Below the pieces are notes generated by a model. The model did no database searches. It had not been told where the DNA came from and saw only the letters and a list, made by a program, of their open reading frames with translations. From the NCBI GenBank assembly GCA_021613535.1, contig CP075495.1, forward strand, positions 7,626,001-7,690,000: DNA of 64,000 nt, in the 5' to 3' direction. The position numbers were made by a program, and so were the translations under genes. The DNA comes from Adineta vaga (Eukaryota > Animalia > Rotifera). Of this stretch, positions 1 through 14,100 are shown piece by piece. How positions within the stretch are numbered: position 1 is the stretch's first letter; each line of letters opens with the position of its first letter.

Positions 1-3000
1 TATGAATATTTTAGATTGCAAATATAAAATATTTCACCTATTATAATTGAATTACTATTATTAATATGAGTGTATTCGTTTTTAATCAGAAAACATACGG
101 AAACATGATTTTCGATTGCTTATTGTTGAATCACTATGTTTAATATCTCGAATAAGCAACTCGTTCTCCAAATTGAATCTGTACAAGGTAAAAACAAAAG
201 TATTGATTTTAGAAAACTAATTTTCCATTAATAAGAACCGTAATATAGAAATAAGAAATACTGCCAGAATATCATCTGTTAATCCTTTATTTTGTTGATC
301 AAGGGTTCGATCGTTTGAATTTACCATCAAATACATTTTTTGAATGAAGTTTGTTAACCATTCAGCAATGACAGAAGAAATCTATAGAGACAGGAGAATA
401 TTCTTTTTTCTAACTATCACGTCTTATTACACAAGGTTTGATATTCTTTTCGATTAGATGAGTGATAGTTTCAATTGAATCTTCATTTTTTGCGACTTGT
501 TTATCACCTGGTGGAAGACAAATCAGTGCATGGAACTTTTGACGACACATAGGACATCTGAATTCAACATCTGGATCGATTTCTGCATTGGGTTTTTTCT
601 ATGCAATGAATGTATGAGACACACTCATTGAATATAAAAGCCTTACATTATGAGATTTTAAATATTGACGATAGCATGCTAGATGCATCGAATGATTACA
701 AGAATCAATAATCACTCCAGTTCGCCAGCTGATTGTCATAAATTTTGATACACTATCCTAAATGAAATATTCTCAACCATAACAATATCAAATTTGTGGT
801 TTACTTCGGTGAAAAGTTTCAACATAATAAGTATTTTTTCTTCATAGAATCGAGCACATGTCAAATTATATTTATTTTCATCTTTCGTATATGTAGTTTG
901 AGTAGGTTCTTTCACTTGATTCTCTGAAACGAATTTTCCCGTATCATTTGATTTTGTAGGATGACAACAGAATAATGAATCTTGAATTAACGATTGTTTA
1001 TTATCAAAACTATCAGTTGTTACTGGTAAATAATTGTTCGAAATGAAAGTAACTTCTCGAACACCGAGTACTATTCAATCAGATAATAAATATCATGTTT
1101 CTTCTTGAAAAAGGAAAATATTTTACCTCCACTGTTACTTAATCTAACGGTGATACCAAGCATATCTTGATCATCCGTGTTTTGACAAATACAACATTCA
1201 AGATTGTTGTTCTTAGCATGAATGAGAGAAGAAACTACAAACATTCATGGAAAAACAATAAAGTATACGTAAAAAACTGTTCAAAAATCATATGAACACC
1301 CTCTGCCTGTTCGTCTTTTGATATTGACAAAAGTTTCTGTTGTTTCTTTGCTATTTGTTCAAACATTTTTCGTTGCATTTCTTTCACTTTATTCTTCCTA
1401 CAGAGCAGAAAAGGTATTTAATTAAAAAAAATCGCCTTTCCTAAACTTTTGTACTTATCAATATTATCTGCATGATTTTTTAATTGTTTATCATCCAGTT
1501 GATTAATAATATCATTGATCTGAACTTTGCATTTATCCGATAAGTTCTCTAATTTAATCAACAAACGAGTAATATAAAAGCTACCATCACCAATTTGTCC
1601 TTTTCCTTGTTTCAAACGAGCATTTGCAAGTAATTCATTCAATGACGTTTTTTCATTGTTCGTATCGTTGTTAGTCAAGAGTATTTTAGCAAGAAGATGG
1701 ACAAATATTTGTACTAGAGACATATTAATCATTTGTGTTTCATTCAATCGTTTTGAATTTGTTTGAATCAACATTGTATGTAGATTTCTCAATGGTTGTT
1801 CAACTAAAAGATATATATATATATTAAAGAAATTGCTTTGTTCTATCGGTTTACGTTGACTAGAAGTACAATTATTCTCTTCAATATTTTGTTCACTATT
1901 ATCTAAATATAGTTATTCTAAATCATTATAACTATTCTTTTTTTATGAATGCATCTTACCCTTTTCTTCATCGAGAACGACACGTTGAAAAGATATTTTT
2001 TCGATGATAGTATGCGCATTTATGATCAAGTCATCTTGTTTATAGAATGTTTCATATTTCCCATCAATAATCTCTTCCATCTTCTAGAAATACTTATCAT
2101 TTTAAAAACCATATTAATTTCGATATTCATACTTCGGCTGCTTCAATTGACGGTACAATGCTCTCGTGTTCTTCAGTATTATGATTACTTTTGCTCCCAT
2201 GTGGTGTCACAGAATCTGATTTTATCTATAAATAACGTGAGATAATTTATAATTACAATGTGTGCAAATATACAGCAGAGTGATTTTCTAGATCATAAAA
2301 TGGGATTGATTGAACTCTAAAATTGAAATATTGATATCATTCTATAAGAAAGATCGATTATAAACTTGCATTTGATCTCGCATAGAAGATCCTTTTGTCT
2401 CTACAAGTTTGTTCCATTCTTTTTGTACTTGTTGCTCATATTCCGAAAGTTGATCGAATTTGATTGCCTTGATATATGTGTGAGTTAGAAAGTAGAAGTA
2501 TTACAATTAAAACATAATATTCAACTTACACGAGATCCATAACATTGTTCAAGTTCACTTAAACGTTCTAGTAGATCATTTGCTGCAGCAGAATGTATAT
2601 TTAAGCTCCTTTGTGGTATAGATGCCACAGTTGATGCTGTATCATCTTCTAGAGATGTCAATGTTTCTAATGAGATTGAATTCTTCAATGTAAGATTCGT
2701 TTGACATTGAGATGGTTCTGTTGCTGATGAAGCATAACCATTTAGAAATTCGCCATATTTGTGACGTCGAATTTTCTAATTATTGTATTAGAATTAATAA
2801 TAAACCACAAAAAGTTTATCTATTTATTACTCACATCATCAATAGCTAATTCACATAGATATACAACTAATGAAAGAATATCTTCATGAATGGATTTTTC
2901 ATTCATAATCTATGAATAATTGAATGTTTCGATGAGATCGACAAAATTCATAGATGATTACCCAATAAGAAATAGAAAAGAGTACTCCATGTAAATATCG

Positions 3001-6000
3001 ACTCTGCAGCAGACATCGTAGATTTGTTTGAAATTGATCTTTCGGTCTATGTAAACGATAGGGTGGCCACAAATTCATCTCAAATGAAAATTTATTCATT
3101 GACTTTGCCCTTCAAAAATAACAGTAAGTTTTTCGAAATCTATTCGTTTTCTTCTAATTACCATTTCACATATCTTTGCATCGTAGTTTCAAATATATCT
3201 TTTCGACTAATTCGATTCAAGACAAACAATGGATCAAATTCATCTTCCCATAAAAAATCTAAAGATTTCCATTCGTAATCATTTCTTTTCATCAAATATT
3301 GTTCACCTTTCAATCTATATTGTCCTTGTTTTGGTCCATTACTCATGTCGATTATCGGTGAAATATATTCTGCTATCTACTAACTCAATTGCATACAAAC
3401 AGAAAGAGTAATCAATATGTTATTCTGCATACATCGTCAAGTATTGACTGGATATCATGTTTACGAATTCCAAGACCTTTGGATTCAGCAATATGTTCAT
3501 CTAAATATGAATAAACACAATCTTGTACTGCTAATCTATGAATTAATTCTGCTCGACGACGTTCAAAATCATCCAATGCTAAAACAATCGGTGGAATATG
3601 TAGAATACAAAATAAACTATATGATCGTTATTACCAATATGTGGTGTAAATGCTACAATCGAAGCTAAAACTATCAGACTGCCTTGCAATAAAGTAACAT
3701 AAGTTGATTTTTCAAAAGGTAGATTTGTATTTGGTTTTTGAATCAACCATTCCGGAATACAGAAACTATTCAAAAACGAAAAAATTTTCACCAAATAAAA
3801 ACATGCGTAGAACTTTTTAAAAAGCATTTCATTGAATGTATTAATATTCACTAATGTAACAATGATCTTGAAGAGAAAATATAGATTGAATTCAACTGTA
3901 ATATTAATACTTGTAAGAGATATAGATCTGCATCATTCATATATGAACATAAATTTTCACGAACAGTTGAATACATATTTGATTGACTTTGCATCTCATA
4001 ACCAGAATAAGACCAAATTGTATTTGTCATTATTTCATATTTTACAACTTGAATTCTCAATGGAAATATTGCTAGATGAAGTAGAAATGTTTCATTTTCA
4101 CGAGCGAATATATCTTTTAATTGATTGTTTTGATAATTCAATGAAATATAAGTTAAAATCGATAGATAACGATGTAATGGTAAATGATATGTAATTTCAT
4201 CAGTTCTAATCTAAATTCAAACGAAATAATGATATAAAACTACTTATATCAAATTTGATTTACATCGGTATATCGTTTCAATCCAATTGCAGACAACCAT
4301 TCTTTTATTACTATTAATAAATGATGAATTGCAATGGAAGTAGTTTCCAGATAATCCTTGAATGTGAATTTCTCTTTACTAAATAAAAGTCAAAGACTTC
4401 GATCTTTGCAACTTACTGGTGTCATTATATGAGCAATGATTGTCCATAAAGCTGAAGCACAATAACTTGTTTCAATTGTAAATGCGAAAAGATAATTCGT
4501 AGTCGTTTGATGATTTACATTCATACCTAAATATAATTCATTTGCAAGAAATATCAAATATGATTAATATTACCTTGGAACCAACTGATTGTCTGAATCC
4601 AAGTTATGAAGAATCTCTTGTTTGTTAGTAATGTTCTACTAACATATTCATATGATAAAATATTGATAAAATCAGTAATAATTGGCCAATAATACATGTT
4701 ATCTGAAAAGTCATCTTCTGATATAACTAAATGAGAATTTTTCTTAGGATATTGTAATTGACACTTTGTTTTAATATTGTCAAATATTGCATAAAGAGAT
4801 GAAAGCATAATTTCCATCAGATGATATTCGTTCACTGCTTGGATAGTTACATCCTTATTTGAAAATAATTGAGTATTGATATGTACAAGTCGAGAAATAT
4901 TCATTTTTTCACGAGCATTTCGAGCTTTTGTTAATTGACTTATTGCTATTCCATAAACATTTAAAAAAGATTGAATAAATACATATTTAAACTTCATATC
5001 AGTTAATAGGAAAAGAAAAACTTTTAATAACCGTTCAGGAATTTGATATTTTATAAACCAGAAAAGTATTTCATCTAAAAGACATGTCGCTTGTTTAATT
5101 GCGAAAGAAATGGATAAGTCAGTTGTTTGCAATGATAATGGTAGAGATAAACTAGATGTTGCTTTTAATTGTTGTAAATAAACATGGTGAGTAATAGTTT
5201 GAAGATCATCCGATAATAATTGGATGTTAAACTGTTTGTACAAATCAGTATCAAGTAGACAATTTATAAAAATCAAACGAATTGATGAACCAGTATTACA
5301 TAGATCATCAATAAGATCAAAGAACGATGTTAAAGAAGTAAATTCTTCAATTGTTACATAGGAATCAGATTCTGAAGGATTTGATTTATTCTTTCTTGGT
5401 ACATGCATTTGTTTATAACTTACTTATAAATGTGGCATGACTACGTAAATATTGAACAAATCGAAAGATTAATCGTGGTAAAACAATTTGTGTACTTTGG
5501 ATATATTTCAATGGTATTTGATTATTTGAAACTCGATTTGGGCCATGATGTTTACAAAAACCATCTACTTTCATGACAGTCACATCACCACAATCACATA
5601 CGCCACCACCAGCACTTCGAAACATATTTGCATCATGTTCTTGATGATTTCCCGCATGAAAACAATCCGTACATAGACTAAGTATATATTCTTTGTTAAA
5701 AACATCTCATTCACTTTACATTATACCTCATAGATGGACTAATTGCACATGTTCGACAACGATAACTAATCGTTGGATGAATCCAAACGAAACCACATAG
5801 TACGCTATTATTATATTTTCGTACTTAAATAATCAATCAATGATATCTTCTACTAAATCTGTTTAATTCGAAATTTACCTTCATTACAAAAATCTTCAAA
5901 CGTTTGCGAACCACTAATATATGATTTTAGTATTGATGAATATTTCTGAATTGTTTCCGCAAATGATTGAACTGGATCGAGTATTCTATCAATAATTTTA

Positions 6001-6074
6001 TGTGCTCGAGATGGATTATACAAGCAATAATCTTGAAAGAAAATGCTGGATGGTAGAGATATTTGTTTGTCCAT
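1..6074 (-). CDS. UBR3: UBR3-like E3 ubiquitin ligase (UBR box plus RING-H2), multi-exon, 3' end outside the window
   Basis: Spliced UBR box reads VRKYNNSVLCGFVWIHPTISYRCRTCAISPSM..LCTDCFHAGNHQEHDANMFRSAGGGVCDCGDVTVMKVDGFCKHH, the UBR3-type pattern. A KVKEMQRKMFEQIAKKQQKLL segment (~1330-1395) precedes a split RING: ECCICQ (~1185-1200), SCNHSMHLACY (~670-705) and FRCPMCRQ (~540-563). Many short GT-AG introns; ATG at 6074. Confidence 0.9.
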
Positions 6075-6500
6075 AATGATCTCTTTCTCTGTAAAGTAGT
6101 AACGAATACAAGAACAATTTATTTATGGAAAAAATTTAATGAGTACAGAGAATCATGAGAAGATAATATTTAAATCAATGATGGACAAATAGAAACGCGC
6201 CTATTTGTTTCCTTTAATAATGATGAAATTTGAATATTTCTGTATGTATAATTCCTATATGAAATAGCGACAATATCCATTGATAAATCATTTGTTTCTA
6301 TATTTTCAGACATGTTGATATCTAATATATATTTTGTTTATGTTTAAAATTTCAAACAAATCTACATGACGTCAGAAGAATTTCATATATATTGTTTTTC
6401 TTTTATTTGAAAACAAATAACGTCATAGATATACGAACACCTGTTATCATTCTTTTAAGAGAAGATAATATATCATTTCTATTCTCCAAAATACAAAAAT
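6075..6500. promoter_or_regulatory. Compact bidirectional promoter region between UBR3 and HPS1, containing a palindromic CRE (TGACGTCA, 6367-6374)
   Basis: The divergent start codons are only ~430 bp apart. A perfect TGACGTCA lies at 6367-6374 and a half site (CGTCA) at 6421-6425. Confidence 0.5.
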
Positions 6501-9500
6501 ATGACTACACGTTGTTTATTTGGACTATTTGTTTTTGGATCAAATTCATCTGTAATTTATCGATTTTTAACTGATGATTTATATACACATTTGACTGACT
6601 GCTTCAAAAAACGAGGTTATAAACTTTCTCTTGATGGAAATGATTCTACTCAAGTATGAATATTCTGCTTTATTTTCTTCTCTCGATATTACTGATCATT
6701 GTATTCTTTTGTTTGAAATGTTTATTATAGGCTGTTGATGATAATGACGAACAACCATTATCAGTAGATGATGCTTTATCTGTACATTTATCTGTATTGG
6801 TTCGAGCTCATGAACAAACAGCATCACGTCAAGATCCTCTTCGACGAATAACACTCGATTCGGGTATACAAGTATTTTTCGATCAGGTATGATATCTAGA
6901 GAATTAGTTTTCTTTACTTTTCTTTTATCATCTAATGAAAATAGATCGTAGAAAATAGTTTAATTTGTATGGCTGATAAATCATTTGAAACAATAATTGT
7001 ATTGAAAACTATCAATCTGTTGAAAGCATTGATCAAGTTTCATATTGGTGCTCTACCATTCATGTAAATCTTTTCTACTGATATAACAAATTAGAAAAAT
7101 TGTTTTATTTTCTATTATAGACATTATAATGCTGCAGATCAATTAATCAATCGTATTTCTGCTTCCATACAATATTATCTCAATAATGTCACAACGAATC
7201 AAGCTCTACTTTTCGAAGTATAATTCTGAATTTTCAAATTAAACCTTTTTTTTCCCATTTTCTCTCTATGAAATAGAGTTGTGAATATCTTCATTTAAAT
7301 TCATTTATTCGAGATCAATGTCATGATGTATGTACAATTATCAGTAATGACGTACAAAATTCACTGAAAGTTCCAAGAAAAATTATACTTATCACATGTA
7401 ATGATAAGATTGTGCATATGTATCATAGGTATATTGAACATGTTCAACAATCAGTTATTCTTATGTATCTCATTCGATATTTCTTCTTTGTTTAGTCCTG
7501 ATCAAACTCGTCCAAATAATGCTGATCTTTTTCTACTTGTATTAAACAATCTTAGTCGATCATCACGTAAAGATTTCGACGAAATCAATCTATCTAACGT
7601 TATGGCACATACATTTCAAAAGAACGCTAGAGATTCTAGTCAGAGTGTTATAGATACACGAAGAACTAGTACAGATAGTTTATCCTATCCATCACCAGAA
7701 CGAGTAAATGAATATCTATTAAAAAAAAATATTCAATTAAATTTTGGTATTATTTTCAATAGACAATTTCCTCTCCGAATGCTTCCTTCTCATCATCGAC
7801 TGAATCAAATGATAGATATGAAATGAATCATCGAAGTGAAGTAGTATTCTTAAGAACATCAAACAAAGTTATTGCACCATTTACATTGTTTACAATACGA
7901 TTGACCGACAATATTTCAGTACTTATACTTGTCGAAGTAAGTCATTACTTTTCAAATGGAATAAGATCCATAATTTCTATACATATGTCTAATACGATAG
8001 TTTTTTTTTAAAACAAATGAATAAAACTTATTGTCTTATTCTAGTGGGAAAATAGTGCAGTTTGTTCAAGTTTATATGAACTTATTCGACATCTTGATTC
8101 GTATACTACACATGCTCTATTTCCATACGATAAACTAAGCCCACAAGTTAAATCTGTTGAAAGTAGTGCTGCTGTTCGACGATATGTAAGAGATTTATCG
8201 ATTTAAGAGACAGAAAAAAAAGAACTATAGATCTTTTATTTCAGTTTGAAAGTATTAATCATCCTTCAAATATTCTCTCAGATACATTAAATAAAGCTCA
8301 TGCATTACATAAATCATCATCGAAAACAAATGGTAATATCAATGAAAGACATCGAAAGTAATTGTTTATATTCTTCATTTTATATTTCTCTGATAAATTT
8401 ACTTTCTAGTGGTCTTCGTATTCTTCGGTATCTAACGGATATGAGTCTTTTATCAACAGATGTATTTCGTCATTTATTTTTTGATTCGGATGAATATGCT
8501 CGTCGATGCAGTATCGATATTGATCACGATCAAGAAACAGATGTTCAAATGGATGGTATTGAGCCCGTAGATATAAGACATCGTCGAAATGAATATGATA
8601 CTTCACGAATGACAAAAATGCTTCGAAAAAAGATTATTCTGCGATTAGAAGATTGGTTTTCATTTATAGAAGTTAAATCTCAACGAAATATTACCATGAA
8701 TTTGTTCGTAAAATCATAATCAGTTTATTTTCCATTGTATTTTAACGCATTGATTTTAGTTGTGATGGTCAATTTCCTGGTCTTGTTCATTTTGTTTTTG
8801 TTGATCGACATCGAGGATTAATATGTACACCAACAGTTCTTACCAATGATCATCAATTTCACGCCTTTACAAATACCGATACAGATGAATCCGAATTTTC
8901 TCTCGAAAGAAAAGTTTGTAGGACGAAAGTCACTACAAGCATTTCATTTTGTTTTCTTTAGATATTAGCATTTGAATTAGAATGCTTAACGGCACTTCAA
9001 AATGGCTTTACATCGTATACAATGTCAGATGAACATTTCACTTACAATTATATATTACGTTTACAAGAAAATAATGTACGTATCATGTTCTGTAAATTAT
9101 ATTAATTTAACCGAATCTCCTCTACTGTGATTTGACTAATCGTAAATTCATATATATATATATTGATCAATCATTTGTGTTCGTAGGATGACATGTGTTT
9201 TATTTTTTATTTTTAAAAGGGTGCTTCTGTAAGACTTTATAAATCGTTTGTTCAATTTCAACCACCTGGTGTCTTACATTTTGATTTTTACAAGTAAAAA
9301 ATACATGATTTTTCTTGAAAACAAAATTCTATGTTTGTGCTTGTATTCATAGAGCATTAACCGAAGAATTCTATCGATGGATTCCGTATCAATCAGTCTC
9401 ATGTTTTGAATTGATTGCTGTTCATTTATCTGTTGTACCACCATATATTATACGGAAACAATGTGATGATCTTTGGATTAAACTAATAGAATTTGACGAA

Positions 9501-9503
9501 TAG
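6501..9503 (+). CDS. HPS1: Hermansky-Pudlak syndrome 1 protein homologue (BLOC-3 subunit, Rab32/38 GEF, tri-longin), multi-exon
   Basis: Exon 1 (6501-6653) MTTRCLFGLFVFGSNSSVIYRFLTDDL is longin-like. Internal PNNADLFLLVL and FPGLVHFVFVDRHRGLICTP and terminal SCFELIAVHLSVVPPYIIRKQCDDLW match recalled HPS1 motifs (RPADLLALILL, FPGLVHFIYVDR, CYELLALHLSVIP). Stop at 9501-9503. Confidence 0.88.
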
Positions 9504-9862
9504 ATTTCAATATTTATAAAAGAATTACAAACGAATGTTTTATCGGTTTTTTTCTACAATATAACTATGATTTATCATCTATAAAGGCTGTCAACGGGAA
9601 AAGGCTTCATAATAGAGTGTTGTGTTACTCAGATGTTTATTTATCACAATTTACAAAATTAGAATATAAATCTCGTTCATAATAAGATATCAATAACATC
9701 GTATATATCAAATATAGATTCAAAACTGATTCATTTCTTTAATAAGAATAGTTTTTCACTATAGCCATGGTAAAATTAATTCTTTTTACATCAAATTTCG
9801 ATATTTTACTGATGGTTTCTATACACAACGTCAGACATTATTTCAATATAAAAAAGAAAATA

Positions 9863-10370
9863 TTAATAAATTTGTTTGAAAATATTGTAAATAATAAATA
9901 CAAAAACAAATAAACGTGTCATCATCGGAATTTTAATCATTGAACCTGTATTACAATAATCTTTTGCGCAACAAGTCGTTTGGACAGTTCCACCACCAAA
10001 TGTTTGATATGTTTCCAGACAGGCAGGAACACATCGACGAACAACATACGTATAAGGTGCATAAGCAACCGAAACTGCTAATTTCTAAAAAGAAATAATT
10101 AGATTTTAATTTTTCTTGATAGCTAATAATCTTACATAACATGAATAACATGATGATTTGGTACCAACTCCAGATGATGAAAATGGATCGGTACAATTCG
10201 TACATTCATAACAGCTGATACTAACGAATTGAGCTGATGATTTATCTAAAACAAAATAGAGCTATCGATTAGTTTAACTATTAGTTAGAATTTCTTCACA
10301 GACCAGTATAAAATACGATGAGCAATAGGACAATAATTCCAAAATACCAATGTAAACTTAATTTAACCAT
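9863..10370 (-). CDS. Ly6/uPAR (three-finger) family protein, signal peptide plus probable GPI anchor, 132 aa
   Basis: Exons 10370-10304, 10245-10136 and 10084-9863 splice in frame to MVKLSLHWYFGIIVLLLIVFYTDKSSAQFVSISCYECTNCTDPFSSSGVGTKSSCYSCYKLAVSVAYAPYTYVVRRCVPACLETYQTFGGGTVQTTCCAKDYCNTGSMIKIPMMTRLFVFVFIIYNIFKQIY*. Ten Cys, N-terminal CYEC, C-terminal CCxxDxCN and a hydrophobic tail. Confidence 0.85.
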
Positions 10371-11131
10371 CTCTCGTTTTCTTTCTTCTTTTCAAATTAT
10401 GATGAAAGCAAGTGATGTGGACGAAAACGTTTTGTGTTTATGTTTGTATTTATACAAGTGATTGAATGTCAATAGTGCAAATATTTTATTCTTTAGAAAC
10501 TAAGCGAGAAAAAAAATTTAAAAGTTGTTCTGCTATTTCAATCAAAACAGTAATGTACAGAAGAATTTTTTACGACACCCACGTATAAAACTATAAGATG
10601 ATTGTTTTTTTTTCAATTCTTCAAAAGAAAAACAAGAAACATTTTGACGAAAATGTTCTGATGGAAATGAGATGTTTTCACGCCCATATCTTGTAAAAAA
10701 AAAGTATTCCTGACTTTTTTGTCTATCAATTCTCTTCATGTATTCTTTATAGACTAATTTCATAACTAGGCGTTTCGCAAGATGATAGATCTTAACATTA
10801 TATGTATATTTTATTGATATTGTTTGTTATCTATTAGAAGGAGTAGACTAGTATAAAATCAAACAGCGATATTGTTGTTTCCTCTTATTTTCATATTTCT
10901 TATACATCAAAAGGAAACAAATATCTAAAATATGATATCTTGATTTTCTTACAGATTAAGATTATTTATTTTTCACATACATTCAAAAAAAAACGGTTTT
11001 TTTTCCTGAGATTGAGACATTGTACATCTTTCTATATAAAAAAATGAGAGAGAAAGAGAGAGAAACGGACAAATACATACACAAAGACAAATATTCAATG
11101 ACTAAATTTCCAAAAACAAAACAAAAGAGTC

Positions 11132-14100
11132 TTAAATTATATTAATACTATCCAATCGTTTGTTAAAAAAGTTAAAGATCTCATTAAATGTTGGTCTTTC
11201 ACCATATGGACGCCAACATTCAAGCATTAAATCCACAAGTTCCTTACTTAAACATTCTGGTTTGGATAATTGTAAACTACCTGATGATTGCATCATATTT
11301 GTACCCATTAATTTCAATCGTTGATAGACTTGTTCATCATTTAATAATGCATACGGAAGTGTTGAACAGTTTGTCATGATTTCCCAGAGTGTTATACCAA
11401 ATGCCCAGATATCTGATTGAGAAGTGAACTCATTCTAAAAAACAATAAGAAAGATAAATAAATGATCTGAAAAATGTATGTCAACTTGTTTTTACATTGA
11501 AAATTGATTCAGGTGGCATCCATCGTAATGGTAAACGTTGATGATTAACTACATAATAATGAGATTGAAATTGTAATGAAGCAATCGCACTATTTGTTAA
11601 TTTGATTTCATAATTTGGATAAACTAAACAATTTCTTGCTGAAATATCTCGATGAATAAGATTTTCTAATTCAAGATAACGAAGTGCATTAGATAATTGT
11701 GTAATAATAAAAAGATGAACATTTATTCTAATGAAAAAGAATAAAATGTATGTTCAGTTCAGTTTTGTTTTCTTGAAACTTACGAGAGAGAGATTTGATC
11801 TTCTTGAACACATCGTGTTGTCGATAGAAATGTATATAGATCACCTAAATCACTATGTTCAACTAGAGCATAGCCTTGTTTAAGAGTATAACCAAAAAAT
11901 TGAACTAAATTTGGATGACTTAAACGAGCCATTATATCATGTTCTTTATCAAATAATTCTCTGAAAGAAAACAAATAAATATTGTTTGAAATCGTTTTTA
12001 TATTATGAAATAGATGTTGTATACTTCTGAATTGGATCAGTAGTCGTTAATGCTTTAATTAGAATAGGTTTTAATACATCATATGGATGACGAAGATAAA
12101 TATAACCACGTACGATCTAATTGATTTTGAAGAAATAAAGAAAGGAAAGTTAGTTTTTTTTTAGAAATTACACACCCATCTTATTTTATGCTTACTGTTC
12201 CGAAACAACCATTTATTGTTGAATAACGTTCTTCAACAATCAATTGTTCATCATTGATTCGTGGAATTAATGGTGTACTATCATAAATATCTGATGGAGA
12301 TAATGATTGATATGTACAATTACCACATGGACCTTGGAAATTTGTTCTAAGATTTTCTATATTAATCGTTTTATCAGAGATTATTGGATAAGCATACATA
12401 TCAATGGAAGCATATGGATTCGATGTCTATAATAAATATAGTAATAGTTACATCTAGGAGAGTCTTTAAATTTAAAAAGAATTTAGTTTTAAGAATATTG
12501 TCAGATTTCATTTGTGACTTAACACTTTCAAAGAACTATACTTTCGTATTTTCCTATCTAACTGTCATGTATCCGATAAATAAGAGATGCCAGTCAATCG
12601 AATAAAATCTACAACTGATAACTAACCACATTAGGTATATCATTTTTTACAGCAGCTAAATAAGGATTAACAACTGATTGATAAACAGTTGACATTGTTG
12701 CTGGACTTGCTGTACTAATAGTACCAAAATCTGATCCGCTTGTAGCTCTTCCAGCACTTGGTGATGTTGTCGTTGATATAATCAAATGACGACGTATATC
12801 ATTGTGTGAAGTCGAACATGTTGAATTACCATCCGCTTCAATTGAATCGAAATTGAATAAAGAAATAAGAATATTTCAAACAACAAGAACACTATACTTA
12901 CAACAAACTGTGCTATCACATGCAGGAGCATAACAACAAGTCATACCAACTCGAGTTGGAAATTGAATGGATATTGGTTGATAATTGGTATCGAATTTTA
13001 AATGATTTGACATTCTATTTAGTTAAAAGAGGAAGATTCGATGGAAAAAAGAAAATATGATATTGAATTACTTGTGAAGTTTTCGACGTTGTCGAAAAGT
13101 TTGAATCCATTGATAATAAACAAAAATCGATAGAATAATCAATAAAGTAAAAAGACTTGATATAAGTAATAACCATTGCCAATAATGAATCACTGTTATT
13201 CCATAATCTGAATGAACAATATTGTCGAAAATGAAAATCTACTAACAAAAAATAAAAAAAATAAATTACCAATGAATGGTGGCGATTGATTATTATCTGT
13301 AATAGTTGCTGGAGTTATTGATGACGATGTATGATTAATTGCTGTTATAGTATTAAATACAACTTCACTGATTAATATCCATTTACTGCGATTATTAAAT
13401 GTTAATGTTAATCTTATACATTTGGTTATAAATCCTGAACCAGAAGCTAATGATATATTAATAAATCTCGCATGAGTATTTACATAATCATCAGGAATAA
13501 GAAAAAATGTTTTAGTATTCATTTTCTCATCGCAATCGGCAATGATTATAGAATTAAATATGTATATGTCTCGTGTGAATAAATTCGATGTATGTAAACG
13601 AATAGAAGTTATGTTTCGAATAGTATTGAAATAGAAAAGCAAATTTACATTTGACATTGTAAATGATTTACGTTTCCATCCAATCCAATCATAACCAATT
13701 TGGCCAATACCTTGAACATTATCTGTTAAACGATAATCATCACCTGCTATAATTCCATCAGTTAGTTGCCCAAGACCATCTAAATATTAGAATACATTAA
13801 GTTTATTAGAAATGTTTTCTCTAAGCAGGTAGAGACTTTAAGATTTCCTACTAAGATTCTACAAAGAAGGATAAGACATCTTGGAAAATTGAAAATTTAC
13901 TATACCTTTTAATGTGCCATTTTCATTATGACCGTCGTACGTTTCATCAAGAAATTGAACATCATAACCGCGTCTATCGCCTTGTGGAATTGAATATGAT
14001 ATGGGACCATCTAAAAACGAGAAAAACAAATGTATCTCTCCAAGAAATTCTTTATCTCCTTTCGTTACCTTCGTATGAACATCCATAGAGTTCTAATCGC

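Noticed and set aside
9951-10205. 84-aa Cys-rich ORF in the track
   Set aside because: It is a wrong-frame read-through of an intron; the real product is the spliced Ly6 protein.
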